DNA of 64,000 nt from Candidatus Niyogibacteria bacterium CG10_big_fil_rev_8_21_14_0_10_46_36. GTDB lineage: Bacteria; Patescibacteriota; Minisyncoccia; 1-14-0-10-42-19. Shown here piece after piece: positions 47,024-57,292 of this stretch; the stretch's first letter is position 1; each line of letters begins with the position of its first letter. The DNA lies in assembly GCA_002772995.1 (NCBI GenBank), contig PFCO01000001.1:244-64243 (forward strand), in the 5' to 3' direction. The position numbers and the translations under genes were made by a program. The notes below the pieces were generated by a model, which worked only from the letters and a program-made list of their open reading frames with translations, ran no database searches and was not told the origin of the DNA.

Positions 47024-48325
47024 TTATTCTTTATTTTTCCATATTTTGCTTTGCCGCACCAGAAGCTTTTCTGCCTTTTTGGGTTCTGCCATAATCTCTT
47101 CAACGGCACGCTCCATCCGCATTGATTGGGAACCTTTTATAAGCACAAGATCGCCCTGTCTGAGTTCGCGTTCCAATATACGCGCAGCATCAACCGAGCG
47201 GTCAAATTCAAAGATATGCTCCGGAGAAAAACTGATTTTTCGCGCCTCATCGGCGATGAAGGCGGCACGCCTCCCGACTGTCATAAGTATAGACACTCCT
47301 TTTAGATGCCTAGCAACAGCACGGTGCGCGTGTTCCGTAAATTTCCCCAACTCAAGCATATCGCCAAGCACCGCAATCTTCCGCTCTGCAGGAATGTCCT
47401 GGAGTACTTCGAGTGCTGCATGCATCGCGTGCGGCGAAGCGTTGTATGTATCATCTAATATCCACGAATCTTTTTCTCCGCGGATGAGCTTAAGCCTCCC
47501 GGGCGGCGCACTGTAATGCTGTATTGATGAAACAATGTCAATAAGATTCATATCGCGCGCGATACCTACCGAAATCGCAGCGAGTGCTGCGTACACCTGC
47601 TGTTTGCCGAACGCTCCGAATATCCGTACCGGAATATTTTTTCCTTTATAGGCAACTTTAAATGCGATGCCCTCGGGGCGCTCTTTCGTCCCTTCTTTTG
47701 CGTACATAATATGATAATGCTCCGCACGGACATGCGCGTCTTCTCCAAAACCGAAGGTAATTACATGAGCGCGCGTTTTCTCGTGCATATCAAGCACCGC
47801 CGCATCATCATAGTTCAACACCGCGGTATCGGTACTGGTAAGAGGCTGGAGCAATTTTGCTTTTTCCCGGGCGACCGCCTCGGGTCCTGAAAAGAATTCG
47901 ACATGCACCGGGACCTCTCCTATCGCAGTCACCACCGCAATATCAGGTTTTGCCGCCGTAATAAACCCGCTGATATCGTTTGGCTTATCGGCTCCTGCCT
48001 CCATGACCAATGTTGTCGGGTATGCCTTATCTCTAAAGAGAATTAATGAAAGACCTGCAAAAAGAATGGATGCCCACCCGAAAAAAGAATACCATGCGCT
48101 TTCCTTGCCGATGACCGTAAGCGGCATGCCGAGTTCGCTGTTATAACTTTTCTCGCTTTTGCGGACACCTCCCCTGCCTTTGAGCACTTCAAAAATGGCA
48201 TCCTTCGCGGATGTCTTACCGACGCTTCCGGTAACTGCGATGATTTCAGGCGAATATTTCTGCAATATTTTTTTTGCCTCCCACGCAAGTATTCGTATAA
48301 CGATATGTTTGAATAATGGTTTCAT
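47024..48325 (-). CDS. murF: Mur ligase, UDP-MurNAc-tripeptide--D-Ala-D-Ala ligase (MurF)-like
   Basis: Mur ligase P-loop VTGSVGKTS, central and C-terminal Mur domains; position after ftsI in dcw cluster; MurE vs MurF not certain. Confidence 0.6.
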   Translation of the reverse strand: MKPLFKHIVIRILAWEAKKILQKYSPEIIAVTGSVGKTSAKDAIFEVLKGRGGVRKSEKSYNSELGMPLTVIGKESAWYSFFGWASILFAGLSLILFRDKAYPTTLVMEAGADKPNDISGFITAAKPDIAVVTAIGEVPVHVEFFSGPEAVAREKAKLLQPLTSTDTAVLNYDDAAVLDMHEKTRAHVITFGFGEDAHVRAEHYHIMYAKEGTKERPEGIAFKVAYKGKNIPVRIFGAFGKQQVYAALAAISVGIARDMNLIDIVSSIQHYSAPPGRLKLIRGEKDSWILDDTYNASPHAMHAALEVLQDIPAERKIAVLGDMLELGKFTEHAHRAVARHLKGVSILMTVGRRAAFIADEARKISFSPEHIFEFDRSVDAARILERELRQGDLVLIKGSQSMRMERAVEEIMAEPKKAEKLLVRQSKIWKNKE

Positions 48326-48328
48326 AGG

Positions 48329-50026
48329 TTATCTGTCCGGCGGAACTTCATAATAATACAAGAGTGACGAAGTTAAATCTAAAAATGCAGGGCCGAGCGA
48401 ATGTGAGGCGTACTGCACGCCCTTCGGGTCCTGCGTAAACAAAAAAATAAGGAATTCTGGGTCAAATGATGGCGCATACCCGAAAAACGAATGAAGAAAT
48501 CTACCAGAGTATCCGCGCGCACCTATATTGGCAACCTGAGCCGTTCCGGTCTTCGCGGCAACGCTATAGTGTTCCGGCCCCTGCCCGCCTCCAAGAAGCG
48601 CCTTATCAACAACCGTAGTGAGCATCCGTGAAATAGTATGCGAGGCTTCCGCGGATAATATCTGCTTTGGCGGACGCAAATCCTCCTCTGCCCCTTCTAT
48701 GATGTGCGGAGTTACAAGATACCCGCCGTTCGCAAGCGCAGAAGCTGCCCGAACGAACTCAATAGGAGTCACCGCTATACCCTGCCCGAACGATGCCGCC
48801 GCATACTCAATGTCGCGGTTCGTTTCGAGATTTGAGATATCGCCTACCGTTTCAAACGGCAAATCAATATCGGTCTTTGTATCGAATCCATACCGCTCAA
48901 AATAATCAAGGAATTTTTCTTTTCCAATCTGCTGCCCCACAAAGACAGCTCCGGTATTGAGCGACTCATTCAGCACGCCCTGAATATTTGTCCTTCCTCT
49001 CGCCTTCCCGTCGTAATTTGATATCTTCGCGCCATCTATCTCTATGAACCCATAATCAACATATTCGGTTTCAGGGGTCACAACGCCCGCATCGAGCGCT
49101 GCGGCAACCGTGAGCGGCTTAAAGATAGACCCAAGTTCGTAAATGGACGAAACAAGTGGATTTAAGAAGCTTGCGATATCTGCCCCTGCGTACGCATTCG
49201 GATTAAAGTTACTGCGCGCGGCCATCGCGAGTATCTTTCCGGTTTTTGGGTCAATAATAACACCCCCTGCGGTTTCCGGACTGAATTTTTGCACCACATC
49301 GTCCATCGCGCGTTCAAGCATCTGCTGGACTTCGTATTCAATAGTGAGCGTAATATCATCCCCTTCACGCGGAGGAAGAAAAATGCTTTTGCCGATATTT
49401 AAAAAGGTACCGCCGGAAGATGCGATGCCCTCCTGAATTCCCCGCTTCCCCTGGAGTTCGTTGTCGTAAAACCGTTCAATGCCGTATTGACCTGCCTCTT
49501 TCCCGTCGCTTCCGAACCCAAAAAATCCAATCACATGAGAAGCAAATTCTCCAAGCGGATAATAACGCCACTCACGGGACAAAAGCCCTATACCGGGGAT
49601 CTCTTTAACGTCCATCTCTGCGGCAACATCATCTTCAATCCGTGGAATGAGTATTTCGAACGGGTCATCGCGTTTTTGAGCGATAGCAAAAAAACGCTCC
49701 TTATCTATATGTAATAAAACCTTATTGAGCTCCATACTAAGACGGCCGTATGTTTCTTCTGCGTCTTCAATTTTACGGGCGTCTGCGTACAGAAGCCAAC
49801 CGCTTCGGGTGGTAGCAACGGTAATCGTGCTATCGCCGTCATGAACATATACCTCGCCTCTCCTTGGAGAGAGCTCTTGAGAAGCAACCTGTTGGCGCTC
49901 AGCAAGAGACTGGTAGTAATCGGCAGAAATGACTTGTATAAAAAAAAGCTTGACCACAAGCGCTACGGCAAATATGGTCAATGCAACAGTAACGATAACA
50001 AGGCGTCCTCTGATGCTTTTCATCAT
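48329..50026 (-). CDS. ftsI: Penicillin-binding protein, class B transpeptidase (FtsI-like)
   Basis: SIFKPLTVAAALD (SxxK), SxN (SLNTG), KTGTAQ; N-terminal TM; dcw cluster context. Confidence 0.8.
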   Translation of the reverse strand: MMKSIRGRLVIVTVALTIFAVALVVKLFFIQVISADYYQSLAERQQVASQELSPRRGEVYVHDGDSTITVATTRSGWLLYADARKIEDAEETYGRLSMELNKVLLHIDKERFFAIAQKRDDPFEILIPRIEDDVAAEMDVKEIPGIGLLSREWRYYPLGEFASHVIGFFGFGSDGKEAGQYGIERFYDNELQGKRGIQEGIASSGGTFLNIGKSIFLPPREGDDITLTIEYEVQQMLERAMDDVVQKFSPETAGGVIIDPKTGKILAMAARSNFNPNAYAGADIASFLNPLVSSIYELGSIFKPLTVAAALDAGVVTPETEYVDYGFIEIDGAKISNYDGKARGRTNIQGVLNESLNTGAVFVGQQIGKEKFLDYFERYGFDTKTDIDLPFETVGDISNLETNRDIEYAAASFGQGIAVTPIEFVRAASALANGGYLVTPHIIEGAEEDLRPPKQILSAEASHTISRMLTTVVDKALLGGGQGPEHYSVAAKTGTAQVANIGARGYSGRFLHSFFGYAPSFDPEFLIFLFTQDPKGVQYASHSLGPAFLDLTSSLLYYYEVPPDR

Positions 50027-50084
50027 ATTAGTATACCCTGTTTACCTGTATCAAAACATGGTTTAAGAGATAGGCTGGCCACCA

Positions 50085-50390
50085 TCATTGGCCCTGGAAC
50101 GCAACGCTTGATGTACGGGAGAGAAACACGGGTGACGTAATTTTGCTGAAGCCATCGGATGCAAGCTCCTCGGAAATATGAAATGACTCAAGCGCAGTGA
50201 TATACCGCTGCTGTTCTTTCTGGAATGTTTGTTCTTGCGCGACTATCCTGTCTTCTGCGTGATCGAGCGCATATGACATATGTACGGACAAGTACATGAA
50301 AAACATATATAGCACAAGTAAGCATGCTGTGGCCGTTATGCTTGTCCAGAATATAAATCGTGTATGGAATGAAATATAGGTTCTTTGCAT
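50085..50390 (-). CDS. FtsL-like small bitopic division protein
   Basis: 101 aa, single TM plus coiled coil, located between rsmH and ftsI. Confidence 0.4.
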   Translation of the reverse strand: MQRTYISFHTRFIFWTSITATACLLVLYMFFMYLSVHMSYALDHAEDRIVAQEQTFQKEQQRYITALESFHISEELASDGFSKITSPVFLSRTSSVAFQGQ

Positions 50391-50391
50391 G

Positions 50392-51270
50392 TTATCTTTT
50401 TTCTATAACGCGTAATTTTGCCGAACGCGCGCGTGGGTTTTTTTGTATCTCTTCTTCGCGTGGCAATATTGGTTTTTTTGTATGGAGAATGAAATCATCG
50501 TCCTTTGCCCATGCCCGGAATGTATGCTTGGCAATGCGGTCTTCAAGCGAATGGAACGTAATAACCAAAATTCTTCCATGTACTGCAATCATCCGTTTCG
50601 CGTCCGCAAGACCTTCTTCGAGTGCACGCAGTTCATCGTTCACTGCAATACGCAACGCCTGAAATGTTTTCGTTGCAGGGTGTATCCGTTTTGAGTGAAA
50701 CCGTTTCGGGATAGCTGATTCCACAATGGCAACAAGGTTGAGCGTCGTATGTATCGGAGACTTCGCGCGAGCTTCAACTATTCGTTTCGCGATACGCCGC
50801 GCAAAGCGTTCTTCTCCGTACGTTTTTAATACTTCCGTAAGCTTTTCCTCGTTCCAGGAGTTCACCGCGTTCTCTGCAGTAAACGAACCATGAATGTCAT
50901 AGCGCATATCGAGCGGCTCATCTTTCCGGAAAGAAAATCCCCTTCCCGAGTCTTCTAGCTGAATGGAACTCATACCAAGATCAAATAAAATGCCGTCCGC
51001 TTTTTTGATAACAGGCGACGCAAGCTCTTCCAGACGGGAAAAATTACCATACACCGCATGAAAGCGTTCGTCCCCTTTCATACGGACCCGCGCCCGCGCG
51101 ACCATGTCCTGGTCTTGATCAATCCCCACATACACTCCGCGCTTCGGCAGTAGATCAAGGATTGCTCTTGCGTGTCCTCCCCCATCAAGCGTCCCATCAA
51201 TAATGCGTGCTCTTTTCTGTGGTTCTAATATGTCTATGACTTCTTGTAAAAAAACTGATACGTGCTCCAT
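50392..51270 (-). CDS. rsmH: 16S rRNA (cytosine1402-N4)-methyltransferase RsmH (MraW)
   Basis: VFLQEVIDIL, DGTLDGGGHA SAM motif, HSLEDRIAK. Confidence 0.9.
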   Translation of the reverse strand: MEHVSVFLQEVIDILEPQKRARIIDGTLDGGGHARAILDLLPKRGVYVGIDQDQDMVARARVRMKGDERFHAVYGNFSRLEELASPVIKKADGILFDLGMSSIQLEDSGRGFSFRKDEPLDMRYDIHGSFTAENAVNSWNEEKLTEVLKTYGEERFARRIAKRIVEARAKSPIHTTLNLVAIVESAIPKRFHSKRIHPATKTFQALRIAVNDELRALEEGLADAKRMIAVHGRILVITFHSLEDRIAKHTFRAWAKDDDFILHTKKPILPREEEIQKNPRARSAKLRVIEKR

Positions 51271-51271
51271 A

Positions 51272-51706
51272 TTAATACGCACCTATCTCTCCCAGCTTCT
51301 CGGCAAGCACATCCGTCTGCTTTTCTATATTTGATCTGTATTCATTCCATCGGCTCTCATCCCATATCTCAAGGCGCTTATACACGCCCGTAATGACTAC
51401 CTTTGTGCTAAGTCCGGCATACTCTTTCAAGTAATCCGGAATTAATATTCGTCCAAGCGCATCGGTGGATGTCTCCGATGCCCCCGCTAAAAACAGCCGT
51501 ACGAAATTTCTGGTATCAGCCTGTCCCGTGGGGAGTTCCGCAAGTTTTTCCGCAACTTCCGCCCATTCTTTTCCCGAGTAGACGAAAAGGCAGCGATCAA
51601 GCCCGCGGGTGATAATCGCCTTCTTCCCGAGCTCCTTCCTGAATTTTGAAGGGAGCGCTACGCGCCTTTTGACGTCTAATGTGTGCTGGAATTCTCCAAT
51701 AAGCAT
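51272..51706 (-). CDS. mraZ: Transcriptional regulator MraZ
   Basis: Two DxxxR-containing MraZ repeats (LDVKRRVALP, LGRILIP). Confidence 0.9.
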   Translation of the reverse strand: MLIGEFQHTLDVKRRVALPSKFRKELGKKAIITRGLDRCLFVYSGKEWAEVAEKLAELPTGQADTRNFVRLFLAGASETSTDALGRILIPDYLKEYAGLSTKVVITGVYKRLEIWDESRWNEYRSNIEKQTDVLAEKLGEIGAY

Positions 51707-51768
51707 AAAAATCGCTATCTTTCCCCTAAAAAATAGGCTCTATTAAAGGGTTTTTTGAGTTATTAACA

Positions 51769-51851
51769 TTATCCACAGGTTTTTCCACAATCTACCACTT
51801 TAATATAATTTTATACCACATCAATATATTTCACAACCATAGTTATCCACA
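51769..51851. promoter_or_regulatory. Cluster of DnaA-box-like 9-mers (2x TTATCCACA, TTTTCCACA, TTATACCACA) in AT-rich region upstream of mraZ
   Basis: Consensus 9-mers read directly at 51769-51777, 51781-51789, 51811-51820, 51843-51851, all same orientation. Confidence 0.4.
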
Positions 51852-51923
51852 GCAAGCTCTATAGCAGCAAAACCTCAATAATAAAGGAGTATAATAGAGG
51901 TATTACCAACTAATAGCATCTAT

Positions 51924-52076
51924 ATGCCGATAAAAGACGATTTTATCTCGCGCGAAAACACACGGTATCGGTTCAAGCTTGGAACCGTTATTGCATCCTC
52001 CCTCTCCGGCTTTATCGCAGGAGCATTGGTCGCAAGTATAGCTTGGCTACTTTTCATCATTACAGGGAAAATTTAA
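51924..52076 (+). CDS. Candidate 50-aa small membrane protein
   Basis: ATG..TAA ORF with one TM (LGTVIASSLSGFIAGALVASIAWLLFIITG), followed by bidirectional terminator; weak RBS. Confidence 0.25.
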   Translation: MPIKDDFISRENTRYRFKLGTVIASSLSGFIAGALVASIAWLLFIITGKI

Positions 52077-52091
52077 CCTGTTCTCAATACG

Positions 52092-52130
52092 AAAAACCTT
52101 CCGGAATATTCCGGGAGGTTTTTTCTTTTT
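52092..52130. terminator. Bidirectional hairpin terminator (small ORF + / lysS -)
   Basis: ccttccgg-aatatt-ccgggagg stem with T-runs both sides. Confidence 0.5.
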
Positions 52131-52141
52131 GTATAAATATG

Positions 52142-53605
52142 TTATCGCGGGCGCAGCGTCGGGAAAAGCACCACCTCTCTGATATTGCGCTGGTCAGTAA
52201 AGAGCATCACTAGCCTATCAATACCAATACCAAGACCTGCTGCCGGCGGCATGCCGTACTCAAGAGCCTCTAAAAATTCTTCATCCATCCGGGTCACCTC
52301 GTCGTCTCCTGCGGACAGCGCAGCCTCTTGCGCGCGGAATCGCTTTTCTTGTTCTATGGGATCGTTTAATTCTGAGAAACCATTTGCAATCTCAAGCCCC
52401 CCGATAATCAATAGGTACCGGTCAGCAATGCTTTTTTTGTCGGGATACGCTTTTGCAAGCGGAGAGATGTCTTGCGGGATGTCTACAATAAATGTTGGCT
52501 GGATAATCTTCGGGCGGCATACTTTTTTGAATATCTCGTCGGCAATCTTTCCTTTTGTTTTTTCTCCTTTGCTGTCTACCCCTAATTGGCGCGCACGGAG
52601 TCCAAGCTCATTTTCTGAAATAGCATCATAATCAGGAATAAGCGCGAAACGCTTCAGTGTTTCTGCAAATGATACTCGTTCAAATTTTTTCGTGAATGAT
52701 ATCTTTTCTTCCCCATATACAAACGGTGCTCCTTTGTGTGCCTGTTTTACAAGACTCTTAAAAAGAGTTTCAAGAAATACCATGTGGGATGAAGCGTTTT
52801 TGAACGCTTCATACAGCTCAAGCATGGTAAATTCGGGGTTATGCGTCATGTCTATCCCCTCGTTCCGGAAATTGCGCCCTATTTCATAGACCTTGGGTAT
52901 CCCACCCACAAGCAAGCGCTTCAAGTATAGCTCCGGCGCTATGCGAAGATAAAAATCATGGTCAAGCGCTCCGTGGTGCGTAACAAACGGCCGTGCGAGC
53001 GCTCCTCCTGCGACAGGATGCAAAAGGGGTGTTTCCACCTCCATAAATCCATCCTTATCCAAAAGCCGACGCAACGATCCAATAATATCTGAGCGCATAG
53101 AAAAACGCGCACGGACTTCTTTGTTCATCAAAAGATCAAGATACCGTTTTCGAAAACGCTCCTCAACATCCTGGAGTCCATGCCACTTTTCAGGCAATGG
53201 GCGAATAGATTTTGAGAGCATAATCCACGACGCACAAAGTATGCTTTTTTCTTTCTTTTTTGTGATAAACGCCGTTCCTTCGACGGCAATAATGTCTCCG
53301 ATATCTGCCGTTTCCATAAAACGAGCGAACTCCCCCTTCTTCATCTCATCAAGCTTACCGAATATCTGGAATGTCCCCGTGCCGTCATAGAGATCCGCAA
53401 AAAATGATTTCCCATGTTCACGGAATGCGACAATGCGTCCTGCAATGCTTATTTTTTTGCTTTTTTTATATTTAGCAAAAGAGTCCCGAAGTGTTTCGAG
53501 GGATACAAACAGCTCTCCGTCCCGCGGGTATGGAGAGCGCCCCGATTGTATGATTGACTCGCGCTTCTGAAGACGCGAGTCGCGGATTTCTTCAAGAGAA
53601 GACAT
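52142..53605 (-). CDS. lysS: Lysyl-tRNA synthetase (class II)
   Basis: N-terminal OB anticodon-binding domain, class II motifs 1-3 (FMEVETP, GGLEIANGFSELNDP, GLGIGIDRL). Confidence 0.9.
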   Translation of the reverse strand: MSSLEEIRDSRLQKRESIIQSGRSPYPRDGELFVSLETLRDSFAKYKKSKKISIAGRIVAFREHGKSFFADLYDGTGTFQIFGKLDEMKKGEFARFMETADIGDIIAVEGTAFITKKKEKSILCASWIMLSKSIRPLPEKWHGLQDVEERFRKRYLDLLMNKEVRARFSMRSDIIGSLRRLLDKDGFMEVETPLLHPVAGGALARPFVTHHGALDHDFYLRIAPELYLKRLLVGGIPKVYEIGRNFRNEGIDMTHNPEFTMLELYEAFKNASSHMVFLETLFKSLVKQAHKGAPFVYGEEKISFTKKFERVSFAETLKRFALIPDYDAISENELGLRARQLGVDSKGEKTKGKIADEIFKKVCRPKIIQPTFIVDIPQDISPLAKAYPDKKSIADRYLLIIGGLEIANGFSELNDPIEQEKRFRAQEAALSAGDDEVTRMDEEFLEALEYGMPPAAGLGIGIDRLVMLFTDQRNIREVVLFPTLRPR

Positions 53606-53664
53606 GCGAAAAACAATTAACTTGCGCCGTTAACCGCTACTGCAGAGCTGCAAGAGTATATTCA

Positions 53665-54162
53665 TTATACAATATCAACGACGGTGTAATCCACCGCCCC
53701 TCCGGGGGTGGACACTTTTACTGTTTGGCCTTTTTTGGCGCCCAAAAATGCGCGCCCCATAGGCGATTCGTTTGATATCTTGCGGGAGACCGGATCTGCT
53801 TCTTCTGACCCCACAACCGTGTATTCCAGAGTTGCCCCGGTATCATGACGCTTTACGACAATAGTCGACCCAATAGCGACATCAAAAGTAGATACCGCCT
53901 TTTGGATAAGCACTGTGCGGCTTAATTTATCTTCAAGTTCCGCGATGCGGGCTTCGTTATTTTCCTGCATGGTCTTTGCTTCGGCATATTCGGAGTTTTC
54001 GGATAGATCCCCAAGGCTTTTTGCGTATTCTAAGCGTTTTGCTATCTCTTGCCGTTTTTCGGTGCGCAAATTTTCGAGCTCTTGTTTGAGCCGCTTAAAC
54101 CCTGCTTCGCTTAAGTATTCGAAGTTGCTGTCTTCCTTTTGATTGTCTGAAAGTATCTCCAT
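53665..54162 (-). CDS. greA: Transcription elongation factor GreA
   Basis: N-terminal coiled-coil with acidic tip, C-terminal FKBP-like domain ending VDYTVVDI. Confidence 0.9.
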   Translation of the reverse strand: MEILSDNQKEDSNFEYLSEAGFKRLKQELENLRTEKRQEIAKRLEYAKSLGDLSENSEYAEAKTMQENNEARIAELEDKLSRTVLIQKAVSTFDVAIGSTIVVKRHDTGATLEYTVVGSEEADPVSRKISNESPMGRAFLGAKKGQTVKVSTPGGAVDYTVVDIV

Positions 54163-54342
54163 AAGCACTCTATTATACGCATGCGGAAACTTTTGTCAAG
54201 CCCCCCCCGTAGACACCCCGTGCATGCTGTAGTACGCGCGGGAAAGATGATAAAGTTTTATGTTCTTGATTTTATGTTCCCTGCCCCCGAAGGTCAACTG
54301 GAAACTGTGAATAAGTGCCCTGCCTTTTTCAGTGCGTTCCTA

Positions 54343-56196
54343 TTATTTTACATATTCCGGCATGTGCTGGATGAACCACTGCATAAATGTCCTTGAGACA
54401 GACGCTGCTCCGACCAAATTAGTCTCGCTTCCGCTCTCTAATACAACCGTCATCGCAACATGCGGATCATTAAGGGGAGCGTATCCCATAATCCACGAAT
54501 TCACTCTGCCATTTCCAATCTCTGCCGTCCCCGTTTTTGCACCGAAATCAACACCAAGCCCTGCAAGAGCTTGAGCCGTGCCCCCGGGCTTTGCCGCAAG
54601 CGCCATCCCCTCCTGGATGATAGAAAAGTCCTCATCCAGAACGACGACATCAGGCAGCGGGTACGCAGTGACAACTGAGCGTGCTTCATCGGGTTCTTCC
54701 ACAAAGTGAAGATCAGGGACTTTCCCATGTTCAGCAAGCATAGAAACAAAGCGTGCTACCTGTATCGGTGTCACTTGCAAGTTATTCTGCCCTATACTGA
54801 AGTGATATGTATCTCCTATTCTCCACTCTTCAGCATGTTCCGGCGACGGAACCATGCCTCTTGCCTCATCAATGCCTGAAAATACAGGTTCTCCAAACCC
54901 GAAGAGTTTTGCGTATCGCTCAATAGCACTCGCACCAATGCCTTCCTGATTACCGTATCCGCCCCCGATTGTATAGAAATACACATCCGATGAAACGGCG
55001 ATGGCGCGAACCATGTCAACCCAGCCATGCGCTTTCCAGTCACGAAATATACTCGGCTGGTCAGGGAAATACGGATTTGGCACAGAAATGCTCCCGGAGC
55101 TGAATATCTCTTTTTCCGGAGAAATAATCCCCTTATCAAGCGCGGCGAGCGCTACAATAGGCTTAAAGATAGACCCCGGGATATAAGTACCGTTAAATAC
55201 TCTAGCAAAAAATGGCGCATGCGGATCGTTATTCAGCCGTGAAAATTCCTCCTGTGAGATTCCGTGAGAAAAATTATTCAGATTGAATTCAGGATAGCTG
55301 GTCATCGCAAGTATTTCTCCCGTACGCACATCCACTACCACCCCTGCCCCGCCATGGAAACCGTACTGTTCTACAACATCGCCAATCGCAGAATATAATT
55401 TTGATTGCGCGTCGGCATCAATAGTAAGCGTTAGCGCCTCCCCGTTTTCTGCCTCTTGCTGAAGACTCTCGGAAACAATGTTATTTTTTGCATCCGTCTC
55501 AACCAAACGCACACCATCCACTCCCCGCAATAATAAATCATAATACTTTTCTACACCGGTTTTGCCCGATTTTGTAGCACTGCTCGGCTCATCGCTTGAA
55601 CGACCCACATATCCAAGCAGATGCGAAAAGCCACTTCGGTCAGTATAGGTGCGGGCAGAGGAGGCTTCTATACGGAATGGCACTGCAGGAAAGGCTTCGA
55701 TAAACCGTTCCGCGCTCTCCCATGAAAGATCATCAATAATGACAGCTGGCGCATCAGATGCTTTTTCAAACGCATCAAATGAAAATTTGGGGAAGAATTG
55801 CACACGAAGCGCGTCAGGAATTTGTTCAAGCGCATCTTTTTTGTCTGCATCAATAACTATTTTAAAACGAGCCTCATTCCATGCGAGCTCTTCACCGTTT
55901 CTGTCATAAATAATCCCCCGTTCGGGAGATAAAACATGCTTATCGAAACTGTTGAAGAACGCACGCTCCCGGAATGTTGCACCATGGCTTATCTGGAGAT
56001 TCCACAACTTGCCAAGCATGATGAACGAAATTATCGCAAAGAACAGAAAAACAAAAAGCGCGACACGCCTGCTTAACAGCATAACGAGCCGCCCTTCCAT
56101 TTGATTACGATCAAATCCAGGAAGATTTTTTGAATCAAGAAAAATTTCATCAGGAGACAGTTCAAGCGTTTTTTTTCTCTTTTTTGCAAACATCAT
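54343..56196 (-). CDS. Penicillin-binding protein 2-like class B transpeptidase
   Basis: SIFKPIVALAALD (SxxK), SSD/SxN, KTGTAE; N-terminal TM; adjacent to mraY rather than dcw cluster. Confidence 0.8.
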   Translation of the reverse strand: MMFAKKRKKTLELSPDEIFLDSKNLPGFDRNQMEGRLVMLLSRRVALFVFLFFAIISFIMLGKLWNLQISHGATFRERAFFNSFDKHVLSPERGIIYDRNGEELAWNEARFKIVIDADKKDALEQIPDALRVQFFPKFSFDAFEKASDAPAVIIDDLSWESAERFIEAFPAVPFRIEASSARTYTDRSGFSHLLGYVGRSSDEPSSATKSGKTGVEKYYDLLLRGVDGVRLVETDAKNNIVSESLQQEAENGEALTLTIDADAQSKLYSAIGDVVEQYGFHGGAGVVVDVRTGEILAMTSYPEFNLNNFSHGISQEEFSRLNNDPHAPFFARVFNGTYIPGSIFKPIVALAALDKGIISPEKEIFSSGSISVPNPYFPDQPSIFRDWKAHGWVDMVRAIAVSSDVYFYTIGGGYGNQEGIGASAIERYAKLFGFGEPVFSGIDEARGMVPSPEHAEEWRIGDTYHFSIGQNNLQVTPIQVARFVSMLAEHGKVPDLHFVEEPDEARSVVTAYPLPDVVVLDEDFSIIQEGMALAAKPGGTAQALAGLGVDFGAKTGTAEIGNGRVNSWIMGYAPLNDPHVAMTVVLESGSETNLVGAASVSRTFMQWFIQHMPEYVK

Positions 56197-57260
56197 ACTC
56201 CTGCCTTCCCAATAAGCACAATGACCATGCCGATAAGCGCGCACACGATGCCCACCACCCAAAACCGCATAGTGACCTTATGCGCGGGCCATCCCTTTGC
56301 TTCAAAATAATGATGAATTGGCGCTACCAAAAAAAGCTTTCGTCCAAACGCCCGTCTCCATAAAAGCTGCAGTGCGGAGGAAAGCGCAGCAACAACAAGA
56401 GGAAACGCTATAAGCGGAAGCAGAAGAACGCTTTTCGTAAGAAACGCGATAACGGTAAGCACAGTTGAAAGGCCCATCATGCCCGTCTCTCCCAGATAGA
56501 AACGCGCAGGTGGTATATTGAACCATAAAAAAGCAAGCAAGGCGCCCACAAGAACCCCTGTGAATGCCGCTATGTCTATCTGATTTTGAAAGAATGCTAT
56601 GCCACCAAGTGCCGCAAAAGAAGCCGCCAAAGTACCCGCGGCAAGACCATCAAGCCCGTCGATAACCCCGCCTGAAAATGTAGCAATCATCACAAATACA
56701 AATACCACAGGAAAGAGAATCCCTAAGCTAAGCTCCCCCACAAACGGCACAAACAGCGACGAAACATCAAGCTTTACATAAAACCAATATGCACCAATTG
56801 CGGCTATAAGCACAATAAGCGCTAAACGGCGGGTGAAACGGATGCCGCCTGCAATATACTTGCCACGCCCGAACACCTGGAATATATCGTCCGCAAGCCC
56901 CACCAGAGACGCAGCAACCAGGGTAAAAAGCGGGAGCCATGTCTGTGTCCTGCTTACAAAATTCAATTTATCTAACAGCCACGACTGTGGGAATAAAACC
57001 GAAAGCACAAAAAAAACAAGACTTACAAAAAGCACAACGCCCCATACGAGTATCCCGCCCATGCGCGGAACATTGCGCTCCCGTTCTGCATGAAGACGCG
57101 CGAATATCGGTGTTGGCGCGCCGTCGGGTGCAAACTGACGCACCTCTTTGCGCCATAATTTGTATTTATATAAGTAATGAGACAGTATCGGCGTTACAAG
57201 TATCCCGATAAAGAATGCAAGTGTCGTAAGGCCGAATACTTTTAATACATTAAGAATCAT
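56193..57260 (-). CDS. mraY: Phospho-N-acetylmuramoyl-pentapeptide transferase MraY
   Basis: 10 TM helices, DDIFQ-like and DGLDGLAAG motifs. Confidence 0.9.
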   Translation of the reverse strand: MILNVLKVFGLTTLAFFIGILVTPILSHYLYKYKLWRKEVRQFAPDGAPTPIFARLHAERERNVPRMGGILVWGVVLFVSLVFFVLSVLFPQSWLLDKLNFVSRTQTWLPLFTLVAASLVGLADDIFQVFGRGKYIAGGIRFTRRLALIVLIAAIGAYWFYVKLDVSSLFVPFVGELSLGILFPVVFVFVMIATFSGGVIDGLDGLAAGTLAASFAALGGIAFFQNQIDIAAFTGVLVGALLAFLWFNIPPARFYLGETGMMGLSTVLTVIAFLTKSVLLLPLIAFPLVVAALSSALQLLWRRAFGRKLFLVAPIHHYFEAKGWPAHKVTMRFWVVGIVCALIGMVIVLIGKAGV

Positions 57261-57292
57261 ACTTGTTACTTTTTATTATATCGCATGCGCCA

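Noticed and set aside
51769-51851. Chromosomal replication origin (oriC)
   Set aside because: There is no dnaA or dnaN, and flanking genes are on the minus strand on both sides, so there is no divergent gene-orientation switch. Retained only as a DnaA-box regulatory cluster.
54169-54342. Hairpin terminator between PBP2-like gene and greA
   Set aside because: The apparent repeats (ccctgcc ... ccctgcc) are direct, not inverted. No stable stem was found.
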